DNA from: Octopus bimaculoides
Taxonomy: Eukaryota
DNA: 42,721 nucleotides
Direction of reading: 5' to 3'
Assembly (NCBI RefSeq): GCF_001194135.2
Contig: NC_069000.1
Coordinates: 34,097,584-34,140,304 of the forward strand
The translations under genes were made by a program, and so were the position numbers. Below the pieces are notes generated by a model. The model worked only from the letters and a program-made list of their open reading frames with translations. It did not search any database and had not been told where the DNA came from. Shown piece by piece: positions 21,001 to 32,021 of the stretch. How positions within the stretch are numbered: the first letter of the stretch is position 1; each line of letters begins with the position of its first letter.

Positions 21001-23837
21001 ACATGAAAAACTGACTGACCAAGGGGACATGAAACGTGGAGCAGAGCAACAATGTCAGGAATATGGAAACTGCAGGAACGTGGTGCAAAGTAACTTTTAC
21101 TGGAATATGGAGGCTACTGGAACATAAAGCAGAGCAAATGTGACTTGGATTTGGTGTCAAAAGGAAGAAGGAGAGCAACTGTGATGGATGTGTTGGCAAG
21201 AGGAACATAGAGGTGTTGACAACAGGAATAAACTGAAGAGCAAAAGTGAGCAGAATGTTAGGGTGGAACATGGAGCAGAGCAACTTGAACTGGTGTTGAC
21301 GGCAGGAAGAGGGAGGTGATCGGCTGGGAATTGCGATGTCGTGACCACAATATGACATGGAACAGTGGTAACAGAAGCACAACAGTAACATCTATGATGA
21401 CGAAGGTTTGAAGAACAACTTGTACATGTGAGAAAGCAACTGACAGGAACATGGAGCAGAACATTTGAGGCCAGAATGTGATGAAAACAGCTAGATGCAA
21501 TAGAGCAACTATGACAGGAATGTGATGATAGCAGAATAATGGAACTGAGAGCAACCTCGATGTATGTGATGGCAGCAAAAAGATTGGAGTGGAGCAGCTG
21601 TGAGTTGAGATGCTGAGACTGCAGGAAAGTGAAGCAGAGCAGCTGTCAGAGGTGGCGGCAGCAATGGGAAGATTGAGAAAATAAGGTGTAATCAAGAGGA
21701 TGTGGCTACATAAACATGGAGCAGAACAACTGACTGAGATTTGGTGGCAGCAGTGACATAGAATGGAATGCCTAAACTGAAATGTGACAAGAGGGTGAAG
21801 CAGAGCAACTGTGACTGGCATGTGGTAACAACTGGTACATGGAAGAGAGCAACCATGACTGAAATATGGAAACTGCAAGAACATAAAGTAGAGCTTGACA
21901 TAAATATTTACTGGAATATGGTGGCTACAAGAACATGGAGAAGAGCAACTGTTAGCAGAATGTGGTGACAATAGCAAGATAGTGAGCAACTGAGTGGAAC
22001 ATCCTACAGAGCAGGAAGAAGGCAGTTAGAAACTGAATTGTGGTGTTGTGAGCTCAAGATGACAGAACTGGTAAAATAGAGGTGGTGGCAGCAGAGCAAC
22101 TGTTACATGTGGTGGCAACAGGAAGATTTGAAGAAGAACTGTGACTGGAATGTGGTGACAAGGAAAACGTGTGGTAACAAGAAGATTAGAGTGGACTAGT
22201 TGTGGTGATCAGAGCAGCATGGAAGAGAATGATTTAGTCTAGAACATGGTAGAGAGCAACTGAGAGTTGAGGTGCTGGGAGGTGAAGCAAGGCAGCAGAG
22301 AGAGAGGTGGTAAAACAGGAAGATGGAGAAAATGAAGTGTAAATCAAGATTTGGTGGTAGCAGAACGACTGTGACTGGTATGTGGTGGCAATTGGTATAT
22401 AGGGAGAGCAACTATGACTGGAACATGGAAACATGGTGCAGAGCAACTGTGACAACAGGAACATTGAGCTGAGTGAGTGTGACTTGGATTTGGTGATACT
22501 AGAACATGAGGAAAAGCAACTGTGATGGCAACAGGAACAGAGAAGAGCAGCTCTGACTAAGGTGTGTCGATAATATGAACAGACAGAATAGTAACTGACT
22601 AGAATGTGGTGACATGTGGACCATGAAGTAGGGTAGCTTTAACTAGAGAGTGGTGACAGCAGGAAGACAGTAACTGTGATGTATGTGGTGGCAACAGGAA
22701 AATTTGGGGAACAGCTGTAAGATGTGGTGATCAGAGCAGCATGGAAGATTTGAAGAATTGTGACTGGCATGAGGTGACAACTGATACATAGGAGAGAGCA
22801 ACTATGACTGGAATATGGAAACTACAAGAACATGGAACAGGGCAACAGGGACATTGGAAAGAGTAGCTGTGACATAGAAGTGTTCACAACAGGAGCAAAC
22901 AGAAGAGCAACTATGACTAGAACATGGTAACAACAGCAAGATGGAGTGTAGCAACTATGAGTGGAACATCAAGCAGAGCAACTGTAAAGCATGTAATGGC
23001 AACAGGAAGATTTGGAGAACAACTGTGACTAGGACGTGATCAGAAGAGCATGGAAGAGAGTGACTGTGGTTGGCATGTGGTGACAACTGGTACATGGAGA
23101 GAGAGTGACTGTGGTTGGAATATGGAGACTGCGGGAACATGGAGCAGAAGAATGTTTACTGAAGTGTCGTGACATTGAGAAGACGGAAATGGGACAACTG
23201 TACCTCAGAACTGGTGGTGGTAAAGAGTGACTGATGCTTGTGGTAACAAGAATGTAGAGCACAAAAAGCAGGTGACAACAGGATGATAGAGTCAAGTAAC
23301 CATGATTCATATATCTTGGCAAAGAGTAGATGGATGGAAATTGAAAGTAGAATAATAAATTTGGTACATTGTTTGATTTTAATGAAGTTTAAGTTTTAAG
23401 TAATGAAGAAAAATAAAATGTATAATTTTTTCAAGTAAACTGTATTTTTTGCATCACACTTTTGTTGTAAGTTATATATGAAAAAATGTAATATATTAAG
23501 TAATTTCAAAATTTAAGAATTCAATGGAAAATAGGCCCAATAAATCAAAGATAATTACATTATTGTCATTTTATGTCAGCTTTTCCATACTGGTATAGAT
23601 CAGGTTGTCACAGTTTGTTAGTTTTTAATTCCAAGTTATAGCCTACAGTTGAATACTTTAGTGACTTTTACTTAGGATAGGTGATACTCCATAACAGGTA
23701 ATTGTAGCAATGTTTAATAATTCTCTTTGTATTGTATCAGCTAATGGTTACATTATCTAAATGAGTATTTTACTTCAGTGGCATGTTTAATATTGATTTT
23801 CCAAGTAATATTCTAAAGAAACATTTAAAATTTCTAA

Positions 23838-23925
23838 CTGTATATTTTACTTGTAATTTTTTTTTTTTAATATATGAAGAATAAAGTTTTACTTGCAACA
23901 TTTTTGTTTTTATTTCATTTCTTCT
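23838..23925 (+). terminator. Candidate Pol II cleavage/polyadenylation site
   Basis: AATAAA at 23880-23885, upstream TGTA elements (~23839, ~23852) and a T/GT-rich downstream tract (23901-23920). AT-rich DNA makes chance matches common. Confidence 0.4.
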
Positions 23926-25449
23926 AAAGCTGTTTCCCTTTCGTCAGCGTCATTTCCTATTTTATCTACACCTCAACATGAATAGAAAAACTAATGTACT
24001 TCTAGGGTTTTTTTTTTTTTTTTTTTTTATGTTTTGCTTTCACTAAGTGTAGTAATAAAAATCAGTATCTGTGGGTTTTCTCATTACAAATTAATCGTTA
24101 GAAATCAATCTTAAGAAATACAAGAAAACCTAAATTCAATTAGTCTGTCTCATATTAACCACTCTTTGTTGATCATATGAGTATTGCAGTGACAAAATCC
24201 ACTGTAAAGAGCCAATAGCCTGTCATACTTTTGCATTTCAATTTTTATTTTCTGGTGTTAATACTGAAGCTGTAAAGAAATCTGATCAGCACTTACGCCT
24301 TTGTCTACTTTTGCCCGTCCAATCATGATAGTGTTTTCCAATGTTAAAGTAAAATTAGTGCTAAGTGGAAAACTATCCAAGAATGTATCACTTCCTGGGT
24401 CATTGTAAATGCTAAGCTATCACAAAGATATGGGTATTGTGGAAGCTTGTGTGTTGATAGTGAAATGTTTTAGGACTTTAAAATACATGCCATTTGTAAA
24501 CTAAATAAGGCTGGTAAAAGAGATGTTGGCAGCTAATGAAGCTACTTGAAAATTAGTTACATATTCAATGACTTGATTTTAAAATAAAATTTTTCTTTTT
24601 TGGGTTTCATTTCACTGGCACTACCTAATTCCCACAGTACTGAATTAGCAGAACCTTATAGTAAATATGAATATGAGGTACCGAAAATATATAAACTTCT
24701 ATTTTAAGTAATGAGAATTTAACATTGGAAACTATCTCCCTGTACTTTGTTACCTTGTACCACTTAAAAGCCATTGTTACCCCGAACTCTTATCAAAAGA
24801 ATAGCTACTTTTGGGTATGTGGTGTGAAAGAGCTGGTGAGCAGAAAAGCGTCACAAGCCAACAACAGTAGAGATCCTCAAATTAACAATAGCAGAGATTA
24901 ACATTACAGACTACAAGGATTATTTATACACTCCAACACAAAAAGTTGACCGAAAGCAAAACACATCAGTATACATAAGTTCCTCAAATTCCGAAGTTTT
25001 GCTGTGCAACGAGATCGAGATGAGTCTGTTGAACACTACCTTTTTTTTCTTTTCTGGGAACAGAAATAAATACAAAAAAAAAAAAAAATAGACCACTCTA
25101 GTTCAATGAGGAAACAGAAAGCCTCTTGATCAGCCATTACCTCAAAAATATCAAGATCAACAATATATGAATACCGTTAACCTAACTCAATAACCATCCC
25201 TCATCGATTTCACTTGTAAATAAAAAAAAGTTCATAAGCTTCAGGGGTGAGGAGACCAAAACTACATAGGGTGGAATTTTTTGAGAAAATCAACAGGCCA
25301 CAACTGAAAAAGTTTTGAGAACAAAAACAATCTAAGAAAAATATTCGTAGGTAATATAGAAATGTTCCAGGATAGAGCTCACAAGAACATTTTTGGAGGA
25401 TCCTTTCAAGAAACTCCTGTCCACTGAGGAGATCAGCAAGTCCTTCAAG

Positions 25450-27200
25450 GCAAAAGTGAATGACGTCTCTTACTTTACGTTTTTGGGGCCAAGAAATGTA
25501 CATAGAAGTTGTCAGTGACATCAATATTTCCAGAAGGTGCGTGCTCTCGCTCATCTTCGATTATGAGTTTATGCATCGCATATCGTCCCAGATAGAGAAG
25601 TAGGGTTGCAGTATCATTTTGCAAAGGTTTGGATCTCGTAGTACGGGCGATAAATCGATGTGAACAGTAATGAAAACAATACCTTCAGACTAGTGGTCAT
25701 CAGTGTCTCAACCGGGCAAAGCAATGATATATCTAGAAGCTTTTTGGGGAATGTCCCACACTTAAGTACTAGGGGAAATTGATTTGATACCTTAATCGAA
25801 TGTCGGGATTATGCAAGACTTGCCGATAGGAGGAAAGGGTAAAAACGGAAAACCTGCAATTTCTACAAGTCAGTAGTGTTTGAAACCAAAGTTTTAAGAT
25901 TTTGATTAACGTACTAGACAAGATCGGTGCTAGAAATTGGTAGCGTTGGAAAAGTAAAGACCTGTGTGATTTCAGGAAAAACTTATCTACAACAGCTTCC
26001 ACTTTAGGCGATACTTTGTAGAGTTGGGAGATAATAAATACGGTTTTAGTATTGCTCTGATAAATTTGAACCAACTGATAGAGTCGGCCATCGTTACTAT
26101 GTGGTTGTCTTCAAACTGGCCAATTTCAGTCTCGTTTTCAGTTGTTGGATCTTGGTTGTCAGACTAAACTGTTAGCTATCATAACTGTTTTGAACCAGAT
26201 GCTCAACACATTGATAATATTCTCTGTAATTCCTTCTGTATGTAATTATTCTTGAACCACTGCCGCAGAAACTGTAGGATTTGAGGGGCATTTCGTCTGA
26301 ACTGAAGTGCTGGGCAACGTTACTGTAATTGTGTAGGGCACTGCGAATGTCGAGGTTATCAGAGCCATAGGGGATCGAAAAGGTGACTGGAGAAAAGATT
26401 AATCTAGGCAAGTCAGTAAGCTTGTAACACTACACCTGGAGAGGCAAGTTCACTGCTTTAGAGGATCTAGTCTGGGTCAGACTTCCAGGTGGATAGGAAC
26501 TAGGAGCAGGTTACGAACACGGCGACAGCCTCATCCAGAAATAGGCTGAGGTAAAGCTGTCCTTGAAAGGTCATGCAGAGATGGTGAATACATGCATCGA
26601 TTTCATTATATATTTTCGTCGTGCCCTACCCCAGTTTTCCCCCTGACCAAATGAGAGAGTCTGTCCTTTCTTTTCTTGTGGAAGAAGTGCATTCCACTGG
26701 CTAGGCGGTCTATTAAAGGTGATATCCAACACCCTCTTCAATATGGTGGGGTTGTGGAGACTGCAGAAGTTCCTGGAGTGGGTATAGTGCGTGGTTATAG
26801 TCGTCCTTTGATAGGGACGTTTTTACACAGTTCGTCTTCTGGTCGGAGTTACAGTTCTGATTTAAACAAAGACCAAGCTTGGGTGTCTGATATCCGAAAC
26901 GTAGTTAGATGCTCACTGCTCTTTAGTAGTTGGCAATGCGACCGGCACGATTTCCACACTTGCATTCTATAATGGGTAAGTAATGAGAAAGAGCGGTTGG
27001 TCTGTTCATGAAATCTATCTGCTCAGCAATGGATAGCATCCAGAATCCCTGGCCTAGTAGTGCTACAGGGAATGGGCGCAGTGACAGTTCTAGATAGATT
27101 CAATAAATAAGGATGTGCCATCAGCTGAGCTTGTCCGAGATGTGCGTAGAGTATCCGAGTGTTATATGTTCATATTTATGGGTATGCGTAGGTGTACGTA
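25450..27200 (+). mobile_element. Decayed L1-clade (Tx1-like) LINE ORF2: partial APE endonuclease, RT and C-terminal zinc finger; internally deleted; possible ORF1 remnant upstream to ~24750
   Basis: Frameshifted + frames give VAVSFCKGLDLVVRAI and TFRLVVIS (APE, ~25606-25704); LINLNQ..DRVGHRY (~26057-26097), LLYVIILEPL (~26233), GNVTVIV (degenerate YADDVTV, ~26313) and KINLGKS (~26395) for RT; then KLSLKGHAEMVN (~26554), SLA**CYR (~27046) and CPRC (27132). Matched to recalled Tx1 motifs. Confidence 0.82.
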
Positions 27201-27524
27201 TATATGAATACATCTCCACTATTAGTACTATTTTGTAAAGCACATCTAGTAAACAATATGAACTGTGAATAAAGCGAATACGCACAGTGTGTACGACTCC
27301 GCTATACATATACAGTTTGTAAACATGCCAAGTAAATAAATCATAATAACGCCTTCAATGAGTTGTTTGTTGTCCCAACACGAATCAAAAGAATACATAA
27401 CACCGAGTATTGTTGAGTCGAAGATTTTTGTCGAACGATTGTTGTTGCATATAAGACTGATCCAGTTATCGGTCGTATCTATAGAGAAGGTTCCTGTACC
27501 ACCTTCAACTTGAGAATACCATTA

Positions 27525-27695
27525 TTATTTGCGGTATTTCGTACGTCGCTACGTTCAAATTCCGCCGAGGTCAACTTTACCTTTCATCCTTTCGGGGTTG
27601 ATAAATTAAGTACCAGTTACGTACTGGGGTCGATCTAATCGACTAACCCCGTCCCCCAAAATTTCAGGCCTTCTGCCTGTAGTAGAAAGGATTAT
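27525..27695 (+). mobile_element. tRNA-derived SINE, family 1 (GTCGACTTTGCCTTTCATCC..GGGGTCGATAAA domain), 5' truncated
   Basis: B-box GTTCAAATTCC followed by the family central domain; paralogous to other copies in this window. Confidence 0.85.
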
Positions 27696-27704
27696 TATTA
27701 GTTC

Positions 27705-27850
27705 TTTAGCTCAAATCCGGCCGAAGACAACTTTATATTTCGTTCCTCAGGTGTCGGTAAAATAAAGTCCCAATCTGAGTCTGATGTAAATGACCAACCC
27801 TGCCCCCTATTAAATGGCTGATCCTGTACCTAAATCAGACAGTTATTATT
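27705..27850 (+). mobile_element. SINE family 1, diverged fragment
   Basis: GCTCAAATCCGGCCGAAGACAACTTT..GGTGTCGGTAAAATAA aligns to the family body. Confidence 0.6.
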
Positions 27851-27939
27851 CAAAATATCGTCAGCCGCTCAAAACTCTCTGAGAGTCGGGCATTGCATTG
27901 GCGGAAATTCCAATATTGCAATATGTACAGAGGGAGGAA

Positions 27940-28160
27940 GGCGTTGAGCTGGCAGAATCGTTACCGCACCAAGAAAAAATGCTTAGCGGTGTTTCTTCCA
28001 ACTTCACGTTCTGCGTTCAAACGCTGCCATAGTCGACTTTGTCTTTCATCTTTTCGGGGTTGATAAAATAAGTACCAGCTGAACACTGGAGTCGATGTTA
28101 TCGACTTGCCCCTCCCGTACAATTGCTGGCCTTGTGCCAAAATTTGAAAGCAATATATAT
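27940..28160 (+). mobile_element. SINE family 1, near full length
   Basis: A-box-like GAGCTGGCAGAATCG, B-box-like GTTCAAA, and the GTCGACTTTGTCTTTCATC domain. Confidence 0.88.
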
Positions 28161-28940
28161 GTAGAGGACTAACAGTAAATAAGAGCGACGATGTCCTCGG
28201 GAAAACCCTTGGTGTTAATGAAGACAAATTAACTGATCTGTTCAGGAGGACTTTCAGATTAGAGACTAATATAAATAACTTCCAGAAATCCTTAGCCTGA
28301 CAATGTTGTCGAGGGACACAACCGGTTCGAGACAAGCTCCACAGGAAGTGTCCAAGATGCGCAGAAAACCGTTCTACATGCATTTTTACTCTTTCCGGGC
28401 ATTACTGACTTGTGGAGTAATATCGAACCTATGCTGTCGCATTTACGATGGATCTGGCTATCGCCTGAAGCTACCAAGAAAATCTCTCCGCCACCTTTCT
28501 TTAATTGCGAAGAGAAGGCAGTTCTCATTTGGTGATTATAGCAAAGGAGATTATATAGTGGACGCAATTGAAACGACTGAGGTGAGACACATTTTCTCTG
28601 TGTTCTACTTGGAGGAGAAGACGAGGCTCGTGTTGCCCTCAAGTTAATTTGTTGGAGAGTTTGTGAGAGTGGCAAATGACTCGAGTAATTGAGACTGCTC
28701 ATATTATGTGCCTATATACAGGGAATGACAGCTAGGAAAGGCAACTTACTCCTTGTAGTCAGAATAATCGAGAGTCTGTAGTTCTTTGATTAACCTTTGA
28801 TGGTGAACCTCCTTTGTTTACTCTCATTTTCACTCCTTTTTTTCTCTCTCACTTGTATGATTTAATGTAAATCCCAGCGCTTTTTCTTTGTAATAGTCTG
28901 TCCATGAGATCTACTCATTCGTCGACCTTATGGTAAATAC
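28160..28940 (+). mobile_element. Second L1/Tx1-like LINE, 3' fragment (zinc-finger region plus 3' UTR)
   Basis: + frames give RGLTVNKSDDVLGKTLGVNEDKL..NNFQKSLA*QCCRG..VRDKLHRKCPRC (CPRC at 28349), then KTVLHAFLLFPGITDLW; stops and frameshifts present. Confidence 0.85.
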
Positions 28941-28961
28941 AAGGTACCATCACTATTATCA

Positions 28962-29444
28962 CACTGTGCAACAAAATTTTCATTTGTTTTTGTTTGTTTT
29001 TGTCTTTGGTTAATAAGTGCTATTTCCTATTTGCTTCTATCTAGAAATCAAAGGAAATGATTACTATTCACTTCAAACTTTGGCTTTTGTGATCTGGACA
29101 TCAATGTTTTGAAACTGACCTATTTTCCATTACATTTCAAACAAATTCAGCGCTGAATTGCTGAAGCAAAAATATCGCTGTAGCAAATATTCTGCTCAAT
29201 ACTATAGATTTGCTCGTCAGTTAGAGCATGTCCCTTAGTGGCTGGCAATATGCGTATCTCTGATCATGAGCAGGAGTTGTAGGGGAGCATCATAACCATG
29301 TGTTGAGAGGGATTCTTTGGGGTTTGAATAAACGTGACAAAAACAAAGTTTGAAGGAAATATTAACCATTTTTCATACTTTCTAGGGTTAAGCAAATAGG
29401 AAATAACAGTTGCTATTCAAGAACAAAAGTCATGTTACACAGTG
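28962..29444. mobile_element. MITE-like element with ~110-130 bp imperfect terminal inverted repeats
   Basis: Ends CACTGTG (28962) and CACAGTG (29438-29444). Perfect 16-bp inverted match TATTTCCTATTTGCTT (29021-29036) / AAGCAAATAGGAAATA (29390-29405) within a longer imperfect match. TA-rich flanks. Confidence 0.65.
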
Positions 29445-29450
29445 TTATTA

Positions 29451-29652
29451 AGGCGACGAGCTGGCAAAATCGTTATCACGCCGAGCAAAATGCTTAGCGG
29501 CATTTCGTCTGTCTTTACGTTCTGAGGTTGACTCCGCCTTTCATCTTTTCAGGGTCGATAAAACGAGTACCAGTCGAACACTGGGGTCGATATAATCGAC
29601 TATCCCACTCCCGCTAAATTTCAAGCCGCATACCTATAGTGGAAAGGATTGT
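29451..29652 (+). mobile_element. SINE family 1 with a deletion through the B-box
   Basis: Head AGGCGACGAGCTGGCAAAATCG; TTCTGAG is joined directly to GTTGACTCCGCCTTTCATC. Confidence 0.85.
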
Positions 29653-29653
29653 C

Positions 29654-29848
29654 AAGGCAGCCAACCGGTTGAATTGTTAGCCCGTCGGACAAACGTCTTA
29701 GTAGCATTTCTTCTGGCTTCGTGTTCTGAGTTCAAATTCCGCCGTAGTCGACTTTGCCTTTCATCTTTTCGGAATGCGATAAAAAAGTACCTATTTAGCA
29801 CTGGAGTCAATGTAATCGACTAGCCCTTTCTAACAAATGTCAGGCCCA
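29654..29848 (+). mobile_element. SINE family 1, tandem to the previous copy
   Basis: GAGTTCAAATTCCGCCGTAGTCGACTTTGCCTTTCATC. Confidence 0.85.
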
Positions 29849-29969
29849 AAGAAACAAAGATTGCAGCCAACTTATAGACTCAATCACACAAAACATCAAT
29901 AATAACAGTAACACAATATTGACACTATTTCGCTGTGCATCGATTCGTCCATTCCTGTAATATCTGCCC

Positions 29970-30016
29970 ATGGAGCTACAAAGGGTTTCTCATGATTTCT
30001 TCAGACGATTTCTACA
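29970..30016 (+). CDS. Candidate first coding exon of CTU2 (MELQRVSHDFFRRFL, phase 2)
   Basis: gcccATGG start with an in-frame TAA just upstream and a GTAAGT donor at 30017. Phase 2 matches the exon at 34667. I recognise no similarity to CTU2 N-termini, so this rests on geometry only. Confidence 0.35.
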
Positions 30017-30122
30017 GTAAGTTGTCTTTTCTTTTTATGAGAAGATTGCTTGCTCGTAGCTCAACTAACTTCTTGACATGCTCATTTGAATGGCATTAAC
30101 CAGGCGACTATAAGCCAATTTT

Positions 30123-30147
30123 GAGAGAGAGAGAGAGAGAGAGAGAG
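30123..30147. repeat. (GA)n microsatellite
   Basis: Direct reading. Confidence 0.95.
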
Positions 30148-30159
30148 GGTGGGGAGAGA

Positions 30160-30313
30160 AAAGATTCGATCTCAATACTTAACTAGTACTTTATTTAATC
30201 GCCTGCAGAGATAAAAGGCAAAGTAGAGTTCTGTAGGATTTGAATTCAGAATGCAAAGAGCCGGAACATGTATCGCAAAACATATTTATTCGACGCCTTA
30301 ACGACTCTGCCAG
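30160..30313 (-). mobile_element. SINE family 1, diverged
   Basis: GATAAAAGGCAAAGTAGAG..GGATTTGAATTCAGAA is the reverse complement of the family body and B-box. Confidence 0.75.
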
Positions 30314-30587
30314 TCGATGACGAACGGTTCTACAACCAGTTTAACAGAAAAACTGCACAAGAATACAAGTATATCTGCAATCTTAATCGTTTATGTAAAA
30401 GGGAAGATCTAAAACCAAAGAATGAAAAAATGCATAGTTATTTGTTGTTAAGCTTCAGGTCAGTTCCTGATCAAGCAAATCTCTTTATAATCAACTTGTT
30501 CTAGTCATCATCTTTGCCTTCCAGTCTCTATGGGGTTGATGAAGTAGAGTTCTTGTTAATAGCCCAGTTTAGATAAAATATCCTTGG

Positions 30588-30803
30588 TAATAATGATTTC
30601 AAATTTTGGCACAAGACCAGCAAGTTCGGGGAAGGGGTAAGTCGATTACAACGACTCCAGTGCTTAACTGGTACTTTTTTTATCGTCCCCGAAAGGATGA
30701 AAGGCAAAGTCGACCCTGTCGGAATTTGACCACAGAACGTAAAGATGGACGAAATGCCGCTAAGCATTTTACCCGGTGTGCTAACGACTCTACCAGCTCG
30801 CCG
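30588..30803 (-). mobile_element. SINE family 1, near full length
   Basis: GGATGAAAGGCAAAGTCGAC..GGAATTTGA..CTACCAGCTCGCC. Confidence 0.9.
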
Positions 30804-31007
30804 CTCTCTTAAAAATTGGGCACGCCATTTCAGGGAAAATCAAACCCACAGACAAATTTTAGAAGCGTCAAATGCTTCTCAATTTCCACCAAAATAACGT
30901 ACTAATGTCTTTGATAATAATGGCAAAAAAATTCCATCTCTTTCAGACAATGTAATGTAATTCAGTATCACATTCTCTAATGCATTATTCCATTAAAAAA
31001 AACAAAC

Positions 31008-31596
31008 NNNNNNNNNNNNNNNNNNNNNNNNNNNNNNNNNNNNNNNNNNNNNNNNNNNNNNNNNNNNNNNNNNNNNNNNNNNNNNNNNNNNNNNNNNNNN
31101 NNNNNNNNNNNNNNNNNNNNNNNNNNNNNNNNNNNNNNNNNNNNNNNNNNNNNNNNNNNNNNNNNNNNNNNNNNNNNNNNNNNNNNNNNNNNNNNNNNNN
31201 NNNNNNNNNNNNNNNNNNNNNNNNNNNNNNNNNNNNNNNNNNNNNNNNNNNNNNNNNNNNNNNNNNNNNNNNNNNNNNNNNNNNNNNNNNNNNNNNNNNN
31301 NNNNNNNNNNNNNNNNNNNNNNNNNNNNNNNNNNNNNNNNNNNNNNNNNNNNNNNNNNNNNNNNNNNNNNNNNNNNNNNNNNNNNNNNNNNNNNNNNNNN
31401 NNNNNNNNNNNNNNNNNNNNNNNNNNNNNNNNNNNNNNNNNNNNNNNNNNNNNNNNNNNNNNNNNNNNNNNNNNNNNNNNNNNNNNNNNNNNNNNNNNNN
31501 NNNNNNNNNNNNNNNNNNNNNNNNNNNNNNNNNNNNNNNNNNNNNNNNNNNNNNNNNNNNNNNNNNNNNNNNNNNNNNNNNNNNNNNNNNNNNNNN
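31008..31596. other. Assembly gap (589 N)
   Basis: Run of N; could conceal CTU2 exon 1. Confidence 1.
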
Positions 31597-32021
31597 TTAA
31601 CTGAGTATATGTTCCGTAACACACCATGTGTTCCGATTGTCCAACTTATCCTCTCTCCACCGCTTCGGAAAGAAATTTTCCCCATAAATTTCTTTATAAT
31701 AGTAATCTATGCCGTTTGAAAATTATTTACATAAAATTTCACTAAAAGATATCCATTTTCATGAAAGTTATGAGGGAAAAAATTGGATCGTGTAAATTTT
31801 CCGAAAGTCCTCTCCCCACCATCCCGGTTCGTTTGCACAAATTTTGGTTTTCAGATTCGTTTATTAAGCATTTTTTTAACACCTGTTACCCCTTTTTTTT
31901 GTTTTGTTTTGGTGGCCAGGTGTTAAACTAGATATTAACCGATATTCTCACTTTGGTTTGCAGAAATGGGAATTGTCATGTTCGGTGTGTGGCATGAACT
32001 GACTTCTCCGGTATCTTTTCT

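Larger units (their letters stand above)
14400..23330. repeat. Array B: degenerate tandem array of ~44-bp units (core GAGCAACTGTGAC..GGTGACA..GAACATG) with higher-order modules; edges approximate
   Basis: The core recurs throughout. About 10 copies of a CAACTGGTACATGG..GGAATATGGAAACT module. Purine-rich + strand (line 19201-19260: A24 G19 T11 C6). The left end is heavily decayed. Confidence 0.9.

Noticed and set aside
15827-23322. Many minus-strand Cys/His/Ser-rich ORFs as reflectin, suckerin or metallothionein-like genes
   Set aside because: They overlap in all frames, show no recognisable family motif and are explained by repeat composition. Kept only as a low-interest test.
25210-26411. 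Minus ORFs 25210-25554, 25769-26074 and 26172-26411 as an unknown or viral gene
   Set aside because: Mostly antisense to the decayed Tx1 ORF2, whose motifs are on +.
26676-26972. 98-aa + ORF as an independent gene
   Set aside because: It is a piece of the Tx1 C-terminal region (LWKKCIPLARRSI..QHPL..GG).
27961-28702. ORFs 27961-28383, 28292-28702 and 28303-28647
   Set aside because: Antisense or off-frame readings of a SINE plus a Tx1 remnant.
30977-31685. 200+ aa ORFs here, and those at 4953-5445 and 16642-16867
   Set aside because: Artefacts of N runs translated as X.
31661-31810. Imperfect inverted repeat next to the gap
   Set aside because: It needs a 13-nt gap to align and its left context is lost in Ns. 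Probably part of a common repeat and too weak to call.
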